A stretch of 64,000 bases of DNA from NCBI GenBank assembly GCA_965649265.1, contig CBFGKC010000001.1, positions 268,785 to 332,784 of the forward strand. The letters are read 5' to 3'. This document shows, piece by piece, positions 10,264 through 18,233 of the stretch. The notes below the pieces were generated by a model. The model was not told the DNA's origin and did no database searches. It was given only the letters and a program-made list of their open reading frames with translations. This DNA comes from a candidate division WOR-3 bacterium (GTDB lineage Bacteria; Hydrothermota; Tepidihabitantia; B3-TA06). The position numbers and the translations under genes were made by a program. Within the stretch, counting starts at the first letter, position 1. Each line of letters starts with the position of its first letter.

Positions 10264-10748
10264 AACCCAGAGGGTTGATCGTAATCCTCGTCATATCCCT
10301 TGCGCTCAATCTCGGCGCTTTGCTTGCCTTTGGATACCTCCTTCTGAGGAAGCAGCCTGCTGCAAGCAGTGAAGAAAATCTAGAGAGCTGCTGCTACGGG
10401 CTGAGCAAGGAGGAATTCGAAGAGATTTCCACCCTTGAGAAAAGGATGCTTGAGAGGAACGAACCCCTGAAAGAACAACTGTCGAGAAAAAGGCAGGAGC
10501 TGCTTTTGCTGCTCAGGGAACCCGGCCTCGACACGGCGAAAAGAGACACGATCCTGAGGCAGATGGTGGAACTGCAGGTCAGCCTGGAACTTTCCTCGTT
10601 TGACTACCTGCGCGAGCTTAAGGCGACCCTTCCTCCCGAAAATCAGGAGAAGTTGATCAAATTAGTGGAGGAGTGTTTTTGCGGAAGCAAGGACTCCTGC
10701 GTTTGTCCGTATGAATCTAAGCAAGTTATCAACAATAAGGAGAAATAA
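10260..10748 (+). CDS. Periplasmic heavy-metal sensor (CnrX/Spy/CpxP-like)
   Basis: N-terminal anchor ISLALNLG and helical body ending LPPENQEKL; extra CC and CxC...CxC motifs. Confidence 0.75.
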   Translation: MKPRGLIVILVISLALNLGALLAFGYLLLRKQPAASSEENLESCCYGLSKEEFEEISTLEKRMLERNEPLKEQLSRKRQELLLLLREPGLDTAKRDTILRQMVELQVSLELSSFDYLRELKATLPPENQEKLIKLVEECFCGSKDSCVCPYESKQVINNKEK

Positions 10749-10751
10749 AGA

Positions 10752-11144
10752 ATGAAAAGAACAAAACCCCTTTTTGTGGCCCTTGCGATAGTGACAGGGC
10801 TTTTGGCATTTGTACCTCTGGCTTACGGTGCGAAAACCTTCACAGCAGGCGCCCAAACGGCGCTCACCGTGGCCGAGGGCTGTGCCGCCGGGTGCGCTTC
10901 GATCTGCAAGTGCACTGAAACCGGTGTCTGCAACTGCGAGACGTGCAAGTGCGAGGACTGCTCGTGTGAATCCTGTTCGCCAGCGAATACGGGCATTGCC
11001 CTTGCGGCGAAGGATTGCGGCTGCTCCGACTGCAACTGTGAACAAGGCATGTGCGCGGCCAACGGCTGTGAAGATTGCACAGGCCAGACTTGCAAAGGCG
11101 AGGCCTGCAAGATGGAGTGTGGCGGCGGCGCCCCCTGTCACTAA
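10752..11144 (+). CDS. Exported Cys-rich metallothionein-like protein
   Basis: SD AAGGAG; signal peptide ending ...LAYG; 22 Cys in two 11-Cys clusters rich in CxC and CxxC. Confidence 0.72.
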   Translation: MKRTKPLFVALAIVTGLLAFVPLAYGAKTFTAGAQTALTVAEGCAAGCASICKCTETGVCNCETCKCEDCSCESCSPANTGIALAAKDCGCSDCNCEQGMCAANGCEDCTGQTCKGEACKMECGGGAPCH

Positions 11145-11265
11145 GGTCACGCATCAAGGATTGATTTTGAAAGGGACAATCCGGATTTTATCCCCGGGAT
11201 TGTCCCTTTCATCTATTCCCGGACTTGAGCTTGATGAACATCCCTGAAAAGCTACAATTGATCGT

Positions 11266-11817
11266 ATGACGGATAAGGATACGGGGCTGATCGAGCGGGT
11301 AGCCTTGGGTGACGAGGGGGCGTTCGACGAACTGGTGGAAAGATTCAAGAGGAACGTATTTTCCATCATCTACCGCTATCTGGGCTGCTGTCCCGACGCG
11401 GAGGACCTGGCGCAGGAGGTTTTCATCAAGGTCTGGCGCAACGCGGGGAGGTTCAGGGGCAAGTCAGCCCTTTCGACATGGATTTACAGGATTACGGCCA
11501 ATCACTGCCTCAACTACCGCAAGAAACGCGGAAGAACGAGTTTTTCGGAACTCGACGAGCAATTTCCGGCGCCGGGCGAGTGCCATGAAAAGGAGTTCGA
11601 GAAGGCAAAGACCGTTCGAATTGTACTCGACGCTCTGGACAGCCTTCCACCCAGGCAACGAATGGCGCTCATACTCTCGAAATTCGAGGATCGCTCGTAC
11701 AATGAGATAGCCGAGATTCTCGGAACATCCCTTGCCTCGGTTGAAGGTCTCGTATCGCGGGCAAGACAGAATCTCAAGGAAAGACTCAGGCCGCTCAAAG
11801 AGAAGGGAGACATATAG
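11266..11817 (+). CDS. ECF RNA polymerase sigma factor (copy 1)
   Basis: Region 2 DAEDLAQEVFIKVW...STWIYRI and region 4 LPPRQRMALIL...SYNEIAEIL. Confidence 0.92.
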   Translation: MTDKDTGLIERVALGDEGAFDELVERFKRNVFSIIYRYLGCCPDAEDLAQEVFIKVWRNAGRFRGKSALSTWIYRITANHCLNYRKKRGRTSFSELDEQFPAPGECHEKEFEKAKTVRIVLDALDSLPPRQRMALILSKFEDRSYNEIAEILGTSLASVEGLVSRARQNLKERLRPLKEKGDI

Positions 11818-11819
11818 CC

Positions 11820-11855
11820 TACCCCCAAAGAATGCAAACATTCTTTGGGCCCCCT
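11820..11855 (+). repeat. Shortened palindromic repeat family member
   Basis: TACCCCCAAAGAATG-caaa-CATTCTTTGGGCCCCC directly after the sigma stop codon. Confidence 0.55.
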
Positions 11856-11944
11856 CACTCTCCTCATTGTTTTTCTTTAGGACACCCCCGGTTTTGTTTA
11901 CAATCCTGCATTGACAACCCTCTAGTTATGGGTAAAGTACGCCC

Positions 11945-13165
11945 GTGGGAGCTGTATTACTCTTCTTCACCATATTCACGCCGCCCGAGGATTCAATCGT
12001 CTATCACGGGGTGGACATGATATCGAGGAGCTTTTCGAGATACTGGGACGATGCCTACGACACGTCAATCTCGGCCTTCCGCACGTCCCAGGGTTCCTAC
12101 GACATGTTTTACTGGTTCCAGCACCATGAGGGGAAGGTGGAGCTACCGTGTATAGGCTTCTTCAGCTTGCGCTACCTTTACTACGCCGACTTCACGCTCG
12201 ACCATTCTGTCGAATGGCATCGCCTCGAGCCTACCTTTCGCATTGCCCCTGGATTCTACACCCACATCGTGATCTCGCCTTTCTACAAGAAACGCTACGA
12301 CGAACTGGGCGTGGGCGCATCGTACAGGCCGTCGAACCGCAACTGGATTTATCTCTACGGCATAATGCAGGGGTTCGATCACAACAACAGCATGCGCCAC
12401 ATCCGGTCCGGACCCAACAAGGACCCTTACAGCTTTCTGCCCTTCAGGTTCGAGCTGGACGCGCGCGGCGAACTTCCATGGCTGCGGGCGCGTGCACATG
12501 CGGAGATCGGAACGCACTCGGTACAGTATCTCGATTGGCCCGATTCCACGATCTATGTTTGGCAGCGGGATGCGGACAAAAGCACCGCCTGGGGGAGGCT
12601 CGAGTTTAGCCCCGTGAAGGACCTATGGGCGGGCACCAGAATCTCATATTCGCTGGATCGCTCGCAAACGCTCTGGGCAGAAAAGGATTCGGTCATTGCC
12701 GATACGGTTCTCGATATCTGGCTCGAACCCTACGTCTCCTGGAGTCCGACCGAAAGGCTCGAACTGCTCTGCCAGCACCGCATATGGCGCTACTACCACG
12801 GCATGGACTCGCTCAACTATCAGAGGGACTTCAACGTGTTTTCCGCGACCGCGAGCTGGAAACCCCTGGATTTCCTCGTTCTCGAGGCGGCGTTCCAGCG
12901 ACAGTGGCGCTACCGCTACATTGACGGAGATTCGATTGCCGAGGTGTGGAACATGCCTCACGGCATAAACCGGATACTCTTCAACGCGGAGTTCCGTTTC
13001 AAGTCGGGGGTCATGTTCACGGTCAAGGAAGGCATCAAGGCCGACCAGCTCTTCAAGACTTTCCAGCGTTTCCACGCCCACGCGGACGTGCAGATCTACA
13101 TACCCCTCGCCTTCATCTCCGACCTGGGGAAAAAGGCAACCTCCGATTCCTTGACACTGCACTGA
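11945..13165 (+). CDS. Hypothetical outer-membrane (beta-barrel-like) protein
   Basis: 406 aa, aromatic-rich alternating pattern; promoter immediately upstream. Confidence 0.6.
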   Translation: MGAVLLFFTIFTPPEDSIVYHGVDMISRSFSRYWDDAYDTSISAFRTSQGSYDMFYWFQHHEGKVELPCIGFFSLRYLYYADFTLDHSVEWHRLEPTFRIAPGFYTHIVISPFYKKRYDELGVGASYRPSNRNWIYLYGIMQGFDHNNSMRHIRSGPNKDPYSFLPFRFELDARGELPWLRARAHAEIGTHSVQYLDWPDSTIYVWQRDADKSTAWGRLEFSPVKDLWAGTRISYSLDRSQTLWAEKDSVIADTVLDIWLEPYVSWSPTERLELLCQHRIWRYYHGMDSLNYQRDFNVFSATASWKPLDFLVLEAAFQRQWRYRYIDGDSIAEVWNMPHGINRILFNAEFRFKSGVMFTVKEGIKADQLFKTFQRFHAHADVQIYIPLAFISDLGKKATSDSLTLH

Positions 13166-13226
13166 GTGCCGTTAGACTTCCGACAAGCCGTCGGGAGTGC
13201 GGGCCGGGCAGGACGAAAGGAGAAGT

Positions 13227-14093
13227 ATGAAATTCGTTCGTTTTCTTTTTCTCGCGTCAGCGCTGATAGTCATGATTTCTTCCTGCAACGACGACATGTA
13301 CGTGGGCGTGTTTTATTCCATGGGCTCGCCCTTGCGCTACGACGATTCCGAGGCAACGCGAAGACTCAAGGTTGCCGCTTGCTGTCTCGAGTCAGATGTC
13401 GACCCGGACACGAACTTTTCGAGGATGGTCGCAATGATCTCTGTGATCAAGTCGGAACACCCTGACGTGCGGCTCGTGGTCTTCGGCGAGACGGCGCTCG
13501 GCTGGTATTACAAGCCGGATGAACCCGAGGCTTACCAGCGCCGTGTGGCACAAACGGTGCCCGGTCCTGCCACCGACTCGGTTGCCGAGCTCTGCAAGGC
13601 AAACGATATCTTCGTCGTATTCGGCCTGGCCGAGCTGAGGGGCCAGGACATTTACAACTCCCAGGTGCTCATCAATCCCCAGGGACAGATCGTTGCCGTT
13701 CACGCAAAGCACGATCTCATTTACTGGGACCGGCTCTCGGGCTACACGCAGGGCATGGACACGACCGTCGTTCAGATAGACGACATCAAGGCGGGCATGA
13801 TCGTGTGCGCCGACATCAACAGCCTCTGGGCAGCGAGGAGCATCGGTTCCCAGGACGTGGATGTGGTGATTCACAGCCTTGCGAACGTCGGCGACCTGAA
13901 CCTCGAGATTGACCCCAACTCCCGCCGGTTCGACGCGTGGGAGATATTCGCTAACCGCTACGGCTGGGAAGGCAGCGGAGAGGAACGTTACTTGTACGGA
14001 GGCGAGACCTACGTCGCGGACCCGGTCGGATGCATCAGGGAACGCTCAAGAGGCGAGCAGGGTTACGTTTTCTGCGACCTGGGGGTGTACTGA
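13227..14093 (+). CDS. Carbon-nitrogen hydrolase (nitrilase superfamily) lipoprotein
   Basis: Glu-Lys-Cys triad context FGETAL, HAKHDL, IVCADI; lipobox-like ISSC; SD AAGGAG before ATG 13227. Confidence 0.82.
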   Translation: MKFVRFLFLASALIVMISSCNDDMYVGVFYSMGSPLRYDDSEATRRLKVAACCLESDVDPDTNFSRMVAMISVIKSEHPDVRLVVFGETALGWYYKPDEPEAYQRRVAQTVPGPATDSVAELCKANDIFVVFGLAELRGQDIYNSQVLINPQGQIVAVHAKHDLIYWDRLSGYTQGMDTTVVQIDDIKAGMIVCADINSLWAARSIGSQDVDVVIHSLANVGDLNLEIDPNSRRFDAWEIFANRYGWEGSGEERYLYGGETYVADPVGCIRERSRGEQGYVFCDLGVY

Positions 14094-14692
14094 TGAAAAG
14101 AGCTTTTATCTGCATCTTAGTGCTTGTTTCTATCCTTGCAGCTAGTGACAGGATCGATGACGACAAGGGGAGCTTCTTTTTGACCACAAACGTCATGGCC
14201 CCTGTGGCGCAGATTCCCGGCTATTACACCAAGATAGTCGTGCCCTTCCTCTCGAACTTCGAGTACGGGCTTTCGGTGACAGGCGGATACCTTTTAACGC
14301 CAAGCCAGTCGGTTGACGCCAAGCTCGTCCTCGGCTCGTCGGAACAGATAAGCCTTACCCCGCAGCTTCACGCAGGTTACAATTTCTACGTCTTTGATCA
14401 GTTCAATCTCACCAACAAGGGACTTTACCTCGGCGCGGATTTGAGGTTTCTGGACAAGTGGAACACCATGACGGGTATCCACTACTTCGACTTGATTCCT
14501 TCGACCCGCATGGGGTATCTCCTGGAGGTCGGCAGAGTGCTTATTGACCTGCGTTACGACCAGATGCTCGGCGCACTCTCCTGGACGTCAAAAGATCACA
14601 CCAGGGCGGCGCTTGGGTTCTTCCTTTCGCCCTTTCCCGAGATTGTGCCCGTCCTCCCCCTCCTATCCCTGAATCTGGGCTGGAAGTTCTAG
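14093..14692 (+). CDS. Hypothetical exported/outer-membrane protein
   Basis: TGATG coupling, signal peptide and C-terminal LGWKF. Confidence 0.65.
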   Translation: MKRAFICILVLVSILAASDRIDDDKGSFFLTTNVMAPVAQIPGYYTKIVVPFLSNFEYGLSVTGGYLLTPSQSVDAKLVLGSSEQISLTPQLHAGYNFYVFDQFNLTNKGLYLGADLRFLDKWNTMTGIHYFDLIPSTRMGYLLEVGRVLIDLRYDQMLGALSWTSKDHTRAALGFFLSPFPEIVPVLPLLSLNLGWKF

Positions 14693-14836
14693 CGTCGTGG
14701 GTAGATAGATAATAGGAAGATATCTCTTAAGATAACCGCGCAGGTATTCTCTTCAAGTCTCTTTTTGATCGGCGGTGAGCAGGTTCCTTCTCCTAAGTGA
14801 TGTTATAAAATAACTAGGAGATACGACCCTTTCGAC

Positions 14837-14865
14837 CGCAAGTTTCCCCTCCTTCTCATGTCTAA
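14837..14865 (+). promoter_or_regulatory. Putative ECF-sigma promoter CGCAAGTTT-N14-GTCTAA
   Basis: Matches the 9740-9768 motif with identical spacing. Confidence 0.5.
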
Positions 14866-14870
14866 ACTAC

Positions 14871-15335
14871 ATGATATATGAATCAACAACAATCAGATAT
14901 GGAGGGTCAATGCCTGATCTTAAGACATTAGACAGGATGGATGAGGCAGCCCTGAAGAAGCTTCGCAAGCTTGGGATAAAGAACACCGAGGCACTTCTGG
15001 AAAGAGGTACCATGCCGGCAGACCGCAGGGAGATAGCTCGCGAAATCGGTGTCAGTGAATCTCTTGTCAACGATTGGGTTATTTATTCTAACTTCTTTCT
15101 CATCAAGGGTCTCAACAGCGGATACGTACACATGCTTATGGTCTCGGGGGTGTGTTCGCTTATAGAGCTCAGTAAATACGATCCGTGCGATCTTCTGGAG
15201 GGGCTTGCTTCACTAAAGAATGGGAAAAGAAACGGTTTAAAACTTCCTACCCTCGGCCAGGTAACGGATTGGATCAACCAGGCCAGGGATTTACCGTGGA
15301 AAATAGTATATGATGGGATGTACTGCTTTGGTTAA
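14871..15335 (+). CDS. DUF4332 (helix-hairpin-helix) domain protein
   Basis: Motifs KLRKLGIKNTEALLERG, REIAREIGVSESLVNDWV and LPTLGQVTDWINQA; alternative start ATG 14910 with SD GGAGG. Confidence 0.75.
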   Translation: MIYESTTIRYGGSMPDLKTLDRMDEAALKKLRKLGIKNTEALLERGTMPADRREIAREIGVSESLVNDWVIYSNFFLIKGLNSGYVHMLMVSGVCSLIELSKYDPCDLLEGLASLKNGKRNGLKLPTLGQVTDWINQARDLPWKIVYDGMYCFG

Positions 15336-15446
15336 TAGCTTTTCAAAGTTGACATGGGCTGTTATGTGTGTACATTTATCTATTAGTACTCTTTCAGGAA
15401 AAAGAATTCGAGTTACAGAAGAGTCTACAAGACTCGGAGGCAGGAA

Positions 15447-15893
15447 ATGAAGTGCGTAAATGCAAACAAATTGTCGGCTTTCCTTGACGGCGAGCTTCGA
15501 GACGAGGAAAGGACTCTCATCCGGAGGCATCTGGACGAGTGCCCCCTGTGCCGTAAACGGGCAGACGAGTACAAAATGGTCTGGGGGATACTCGACTCAA
15601 TGGAGAGCCTTGAGCCTGTTCCTTCTCTTGTGGCCAGGGTGAGCGAAGTTGCACAGGCGGAGCAAAAGAAAGAACGCTGGGAGCATATCTTCGTTCCATT
15701 GATCACATCGGCTGCTGCCGTAATATCCTTGTTCGTCGGCAGCTTCCTGGGCAGAGCCTTGTATGCGGAATTCTCGGATAGTTCCACAACCGTGGCTTCC
15801 TCATCCGAAGGGCAAATGGTCTCTTCGTCATACGGAGCCTACCCTGCCGCGCAAGGTGTTGAGTTTTACAACAACCAGGAAGGGGGTTATTGA
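15447..15893 (+). CDS. zf-HC2 anti-sigma factor (copy 2)
   Basis: LSAFLDGEL...RHLDECPLC and one TM helix; SD GGAGG. Confidence 0.85.
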   Translation: MKCVNANKLSAFLDGELRDEERTLIRRHLDECPLCRKRADEYKMVWGILDSMESLEPVPSLVARVSEVAQAEQKKERWEHIFVPLITSAAAVISLFVGSFLGRALYAEFSDSSTTVASSSEGQMVSSSYGAYPAAQGVEFYNNQEGGY

Positions 15894-16435
15894 TGAAATC
15901 TAGAGGGCTTCTCATAGCCCTGATAATTTCGCTTGGGGTCAATCTAGGAGCCATAGGGACTTTTGCCTACTATTACATAACGAAGAACAATCCGAAGCTC
16001 ATGTGGAAGAACTGGCAAAAGAAGGATGATGAGACATGGAAGAATCTTGGGGATAAGCTATCTATTTCCAAGGAGTTGACCGATTCGCTTCACAATCAAT
16101 TCCGGGCGGGGTTCGAAAAAACCAAGGCCGACATGCCTAAATCCAAACCTGTCAGGGAGGCCCTTGTTGATCTCATGAAACAACCCGAGTTCGATTCCGT
16201 AAAACTCTTGGAACTCCTCGAACAGGAAAAACAGCTCCAGGCGGAGACAGGTTATAAGCTTTATTCCAATCTTCACCAAATGAGTCTTATGCTGCCTGCT
16301 GAAAAGAGGGGTGAGTTTATAGAAGCTTTCAGATTTTCCATCATGTTTTACGGCAGCCCATGGTACGTCTTTGTGAAATCGAAAGACGATCGTCACAATT
16401 CTCCTCGGTCCCCGGGAAAAATAAATGACAAATGA
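15890..16435 (+). CDS. Periplasmic heavy-metal sensor-like protein (copy 2)
   Basis: N-terminus MKSRGLLIALIISLGVNLGA closely resembles MKPRGLIVILVISLALNLGA at 10260. Confidence 0.72.
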   Translation: MMKSRGLLIALIISLGVNLGAIGTFAYYYITKNNPKLMWKNWQKKDDETWKNLGDKLSISKELTDSLHNQFRAGFEKTKADMPKSKPVREALVDLMKQPEFDSVKLLELLEQEKQLQAETGYKLYSNLHQMSLMLPAEKRGEFIEAFRFSIMFYGSPWYVFVKSKDDRHNSPRSPGKINDK

Positions 16436-16463
16436 TTTCTGAGGGGATTATATCCCAAAAAGA

Positions 16464-17012
16464 ATAGAAGACTCCGATTCGGACCTCATTAGAAAGGTTG
16501 CGAAAGGTGACGAGGAAGCTTTCAGGGAGTTGGTGCGTGCATACGAGCGCAAGGTGCTATCGACGACATATCGTTATGTTGGCGACCCGACGGCGGCACG
16601 GGACCTTACCCAGGAAATCTTCGTTAAGGTTTGGCTTCGGGCACCGAGCTTCAAACACGAGGCGCTCTTTTCAACATGGCTTTACAGGATTGTCGTCAAT
16701 CACTGTATCAACTTCCAGTTAACCCGGAAGAAGAGGCAAATGGAGTCCCTGAACGAAAACGTCCCTGGAGATGGGATACTTGCGGACAAGTTCGATGAGG
16801 AAAAAAGAGCAAGACATCTAAGAGAAGCGGTGGCAAAGCTCCCTGAACGCCAGCGCATGGCGCTCATTCTCGCCAAATTTGAGGGAAAGTCGTACGTGGA
16901 GATTGCAGGTTTGATGCGCGTGTCCGTTTCCTCGGTCGAATCCCTTCTCTTTCGGGCAAGGGAGGGTCTGCGAAAAATGCTCCTGCCGTTGAAGGAGAAG
17001 GGCGAGATATAG
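16464..17012 (+). CDS. ECF sigma factor (copy 2); start codon uncertain or non-canonical
   Basis: Paralog of 11266 (ends LLPLKEKGEI vs LRPLKEKGDI). Homology extends upstream of TTG 16530 to an ATA at 16464; in-frame stop at 16440. Confidence 0.85.
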   Translation: MEDSDSDLIRKVAKGDEEAFRELVRAYERKVLSTTYRYVGDPTAARDLTQEIFVKVWLRAPSFKHEALFSTWLYRIVVNHCINFQLTRKKRQMESLNENVPGDGILADKFDEEKRARHLREAVAKLPERQRMALILAKFEGKSYVEIAGLMRVSVSSVESLLFRAREGLRKMLLPLKEKGEI

Positions 17013-17103
17013 CCTGTTGCCCCGGGCATCCGTTGGGCATAAATCCAGAAAGCTCAATACGTCCCCCTCTCCTAAAGGCGTTAGTGTTCAATGTGGTTAG
17101 ATG

Positions 17104-17135
17104 ATGAAGGCCGGCGTTTGCCGGCCTTCATTTTT
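17104..17135 (+). terminator. Intrinsic terminator
   Basis: ATGAAGGCCGGC-gttt-GCCGGCCTTCAT followed by a T-tract, between convergent genes. Confidence 0.7.
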
Positions 17136-17259
17136 CTGATTAAATCCGCACACGAGAAAGACCTTAGGGACGGAAACCCATCCCGTTGGTCAGATCGAGG
17201 AGGTGTGTCACTTCCTTTGATACGATGCAGATGAAGGAAGTGCCCATTGGGTACGGGTG

Positions 17260-17445
17260 TTACGGGTTCTTGAGGTATTCTTCTATGGCCTCGAGTTCCT
17301 TCTTGAGCTGGTCCCTGTAGCTTTCCAGATGCTCGCGCCTCTCCTCTTTGGTGTAGAAGCGGCGGAACCCGAAACCCATGTGTCCGCTGCAGCAGCCGGC
17401 AGCCGGTGTGCAGCACGCTTCCCCGGTCATTTGATGCTTATTCAT
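17260..17445 (-). CDS. Small Cys-pair/coiled-coil protein (DUF5320-like)
   Basis: SD AAGGAGG; CC...CC followed by RRFYTKEERREHLESYRDQLKKELEAIEE. Confidence 0.7.
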   Translation of the reverse strand: MNKHQMTGEACCTPAAGCCSGHMGFGFRRFYTKEERREHLESYRDQLKKELEAIEEYLKNP

Positions 17446-17539
17446 TGTAAACCTCCTTAAAAGGTTTGTTATGTGTTTATTGATCCGTCAGATCTGCGGG
17501 CAATTTCACGTTCAATTCCTGTGTTTGAGTATTTAACTT

Positions 17540-17557
17540 ATCAAGCAATTGCTTAAT
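17540..17557. promoter_or_regulatory. Putative ArsR operator (site 2)
   Basis: Imperfect palindrome ATCAAGCAATTGCTTAAT, similar to 18032-18049. Confidence 0.55.
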
Positions 17558-17573
17558 AGTTTTCATAAAAAAA

Positions 17574-18020
17574 TTACTCACCCTCGAGTTCCTTTATCCT
17601 TGCTTCGATCTCGGCGAGCTTGTGCCTGAGTGCCTCGGCATGCCTCTTGAGATGCTCGAGCTCCGACCCCTCGCTCTCCTCGCCCGTCCCCCCGCCGGGG
17701 GCCTCGCCCGATTCCCCGCCGCATCTTACCTCGATGACCTTGCAGCCGCATGAGCAGACATTGGTCAGCGCGTCCCTGCAGTGCTCCATGGCTACCTCGT
17801 CGATCTCGTAGGGCAGCCAGTAACCCTTGCGTTCGCAGTGCACGAGTCCGGCGTACCGAAGAACCTTGAGATGCTGGGAGACGGCTGAAGGTGTTATGTT
17901 AAGGGTGGCGGCAAGTTCCTTTACCCCTTGGGGGCCTTTCTCCTTAAGGATCTCGATGATGCGGATCCGAGTCTCTACGCTTAAAGCCTTGAAAAGTTCT
18001 ACTTGTTTTGTCTCATCCAT
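17574..18020 (-). CDS. ArsR/SmtB-family metalloregulator with Cys-rich and coiled-coil C-terminus
   Basis: Motifs FKALSVETRIRII and SAVSQHLKVLRYAGLV; C-terminal CSCGC. Confidence 0.88.
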   Translation of the reverse strand: MDETKQVELFKALSVETRIRIIEILKEKGPQGVKELAATLNITPSAVSQHLKVLRYAGLVHCERKGYWLPYEIDEVAMEHCRDALTNVCSCGCKVIEVRCGGESGEAPGGGTGEESEGSELEHLKRHAEALRHKLAEIEARIKELEGE

Positions 18021-18031
18021 TATTTAATCCA

Positions 18032-18075
18032 ATTAAGTATCTGCTTAATTATAATCGCCCGGGATGAATTGTCAA
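18032..18075 (-). promoter_or_regulatory. arsR promoter (TTGACA-N16-TATAAT) overlapped by palindromic operator ATTAAGTATCTGCTTAAT
   Basis: -35 at 18075-18070, -10 at 18053-18048, palindrome at 18032-18049. Confidence 0.65.
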
Positions 18076-18233
18076 GCCCGGACATGAAGCTTCTTGTCTT
18101 GTCGGAAGGAGTAAGAGGGACGATGTCAGTTAACGACATGTCTCCTGCAAACCTTTTATGCCGGCTTCTCGTCTTAAAAAAAAGAGGGTTCCTTAAGAAG
18201 CCAAAAAACAAAAAACGTCTAAACCTAAGGAGA

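Noticed and set aside
18003-18233. Longer N-terminus for the aspartyl protease
   Set aside because: It overlaps the arsR start and promoter; the SD and signal peptide indicate ATG 18234.
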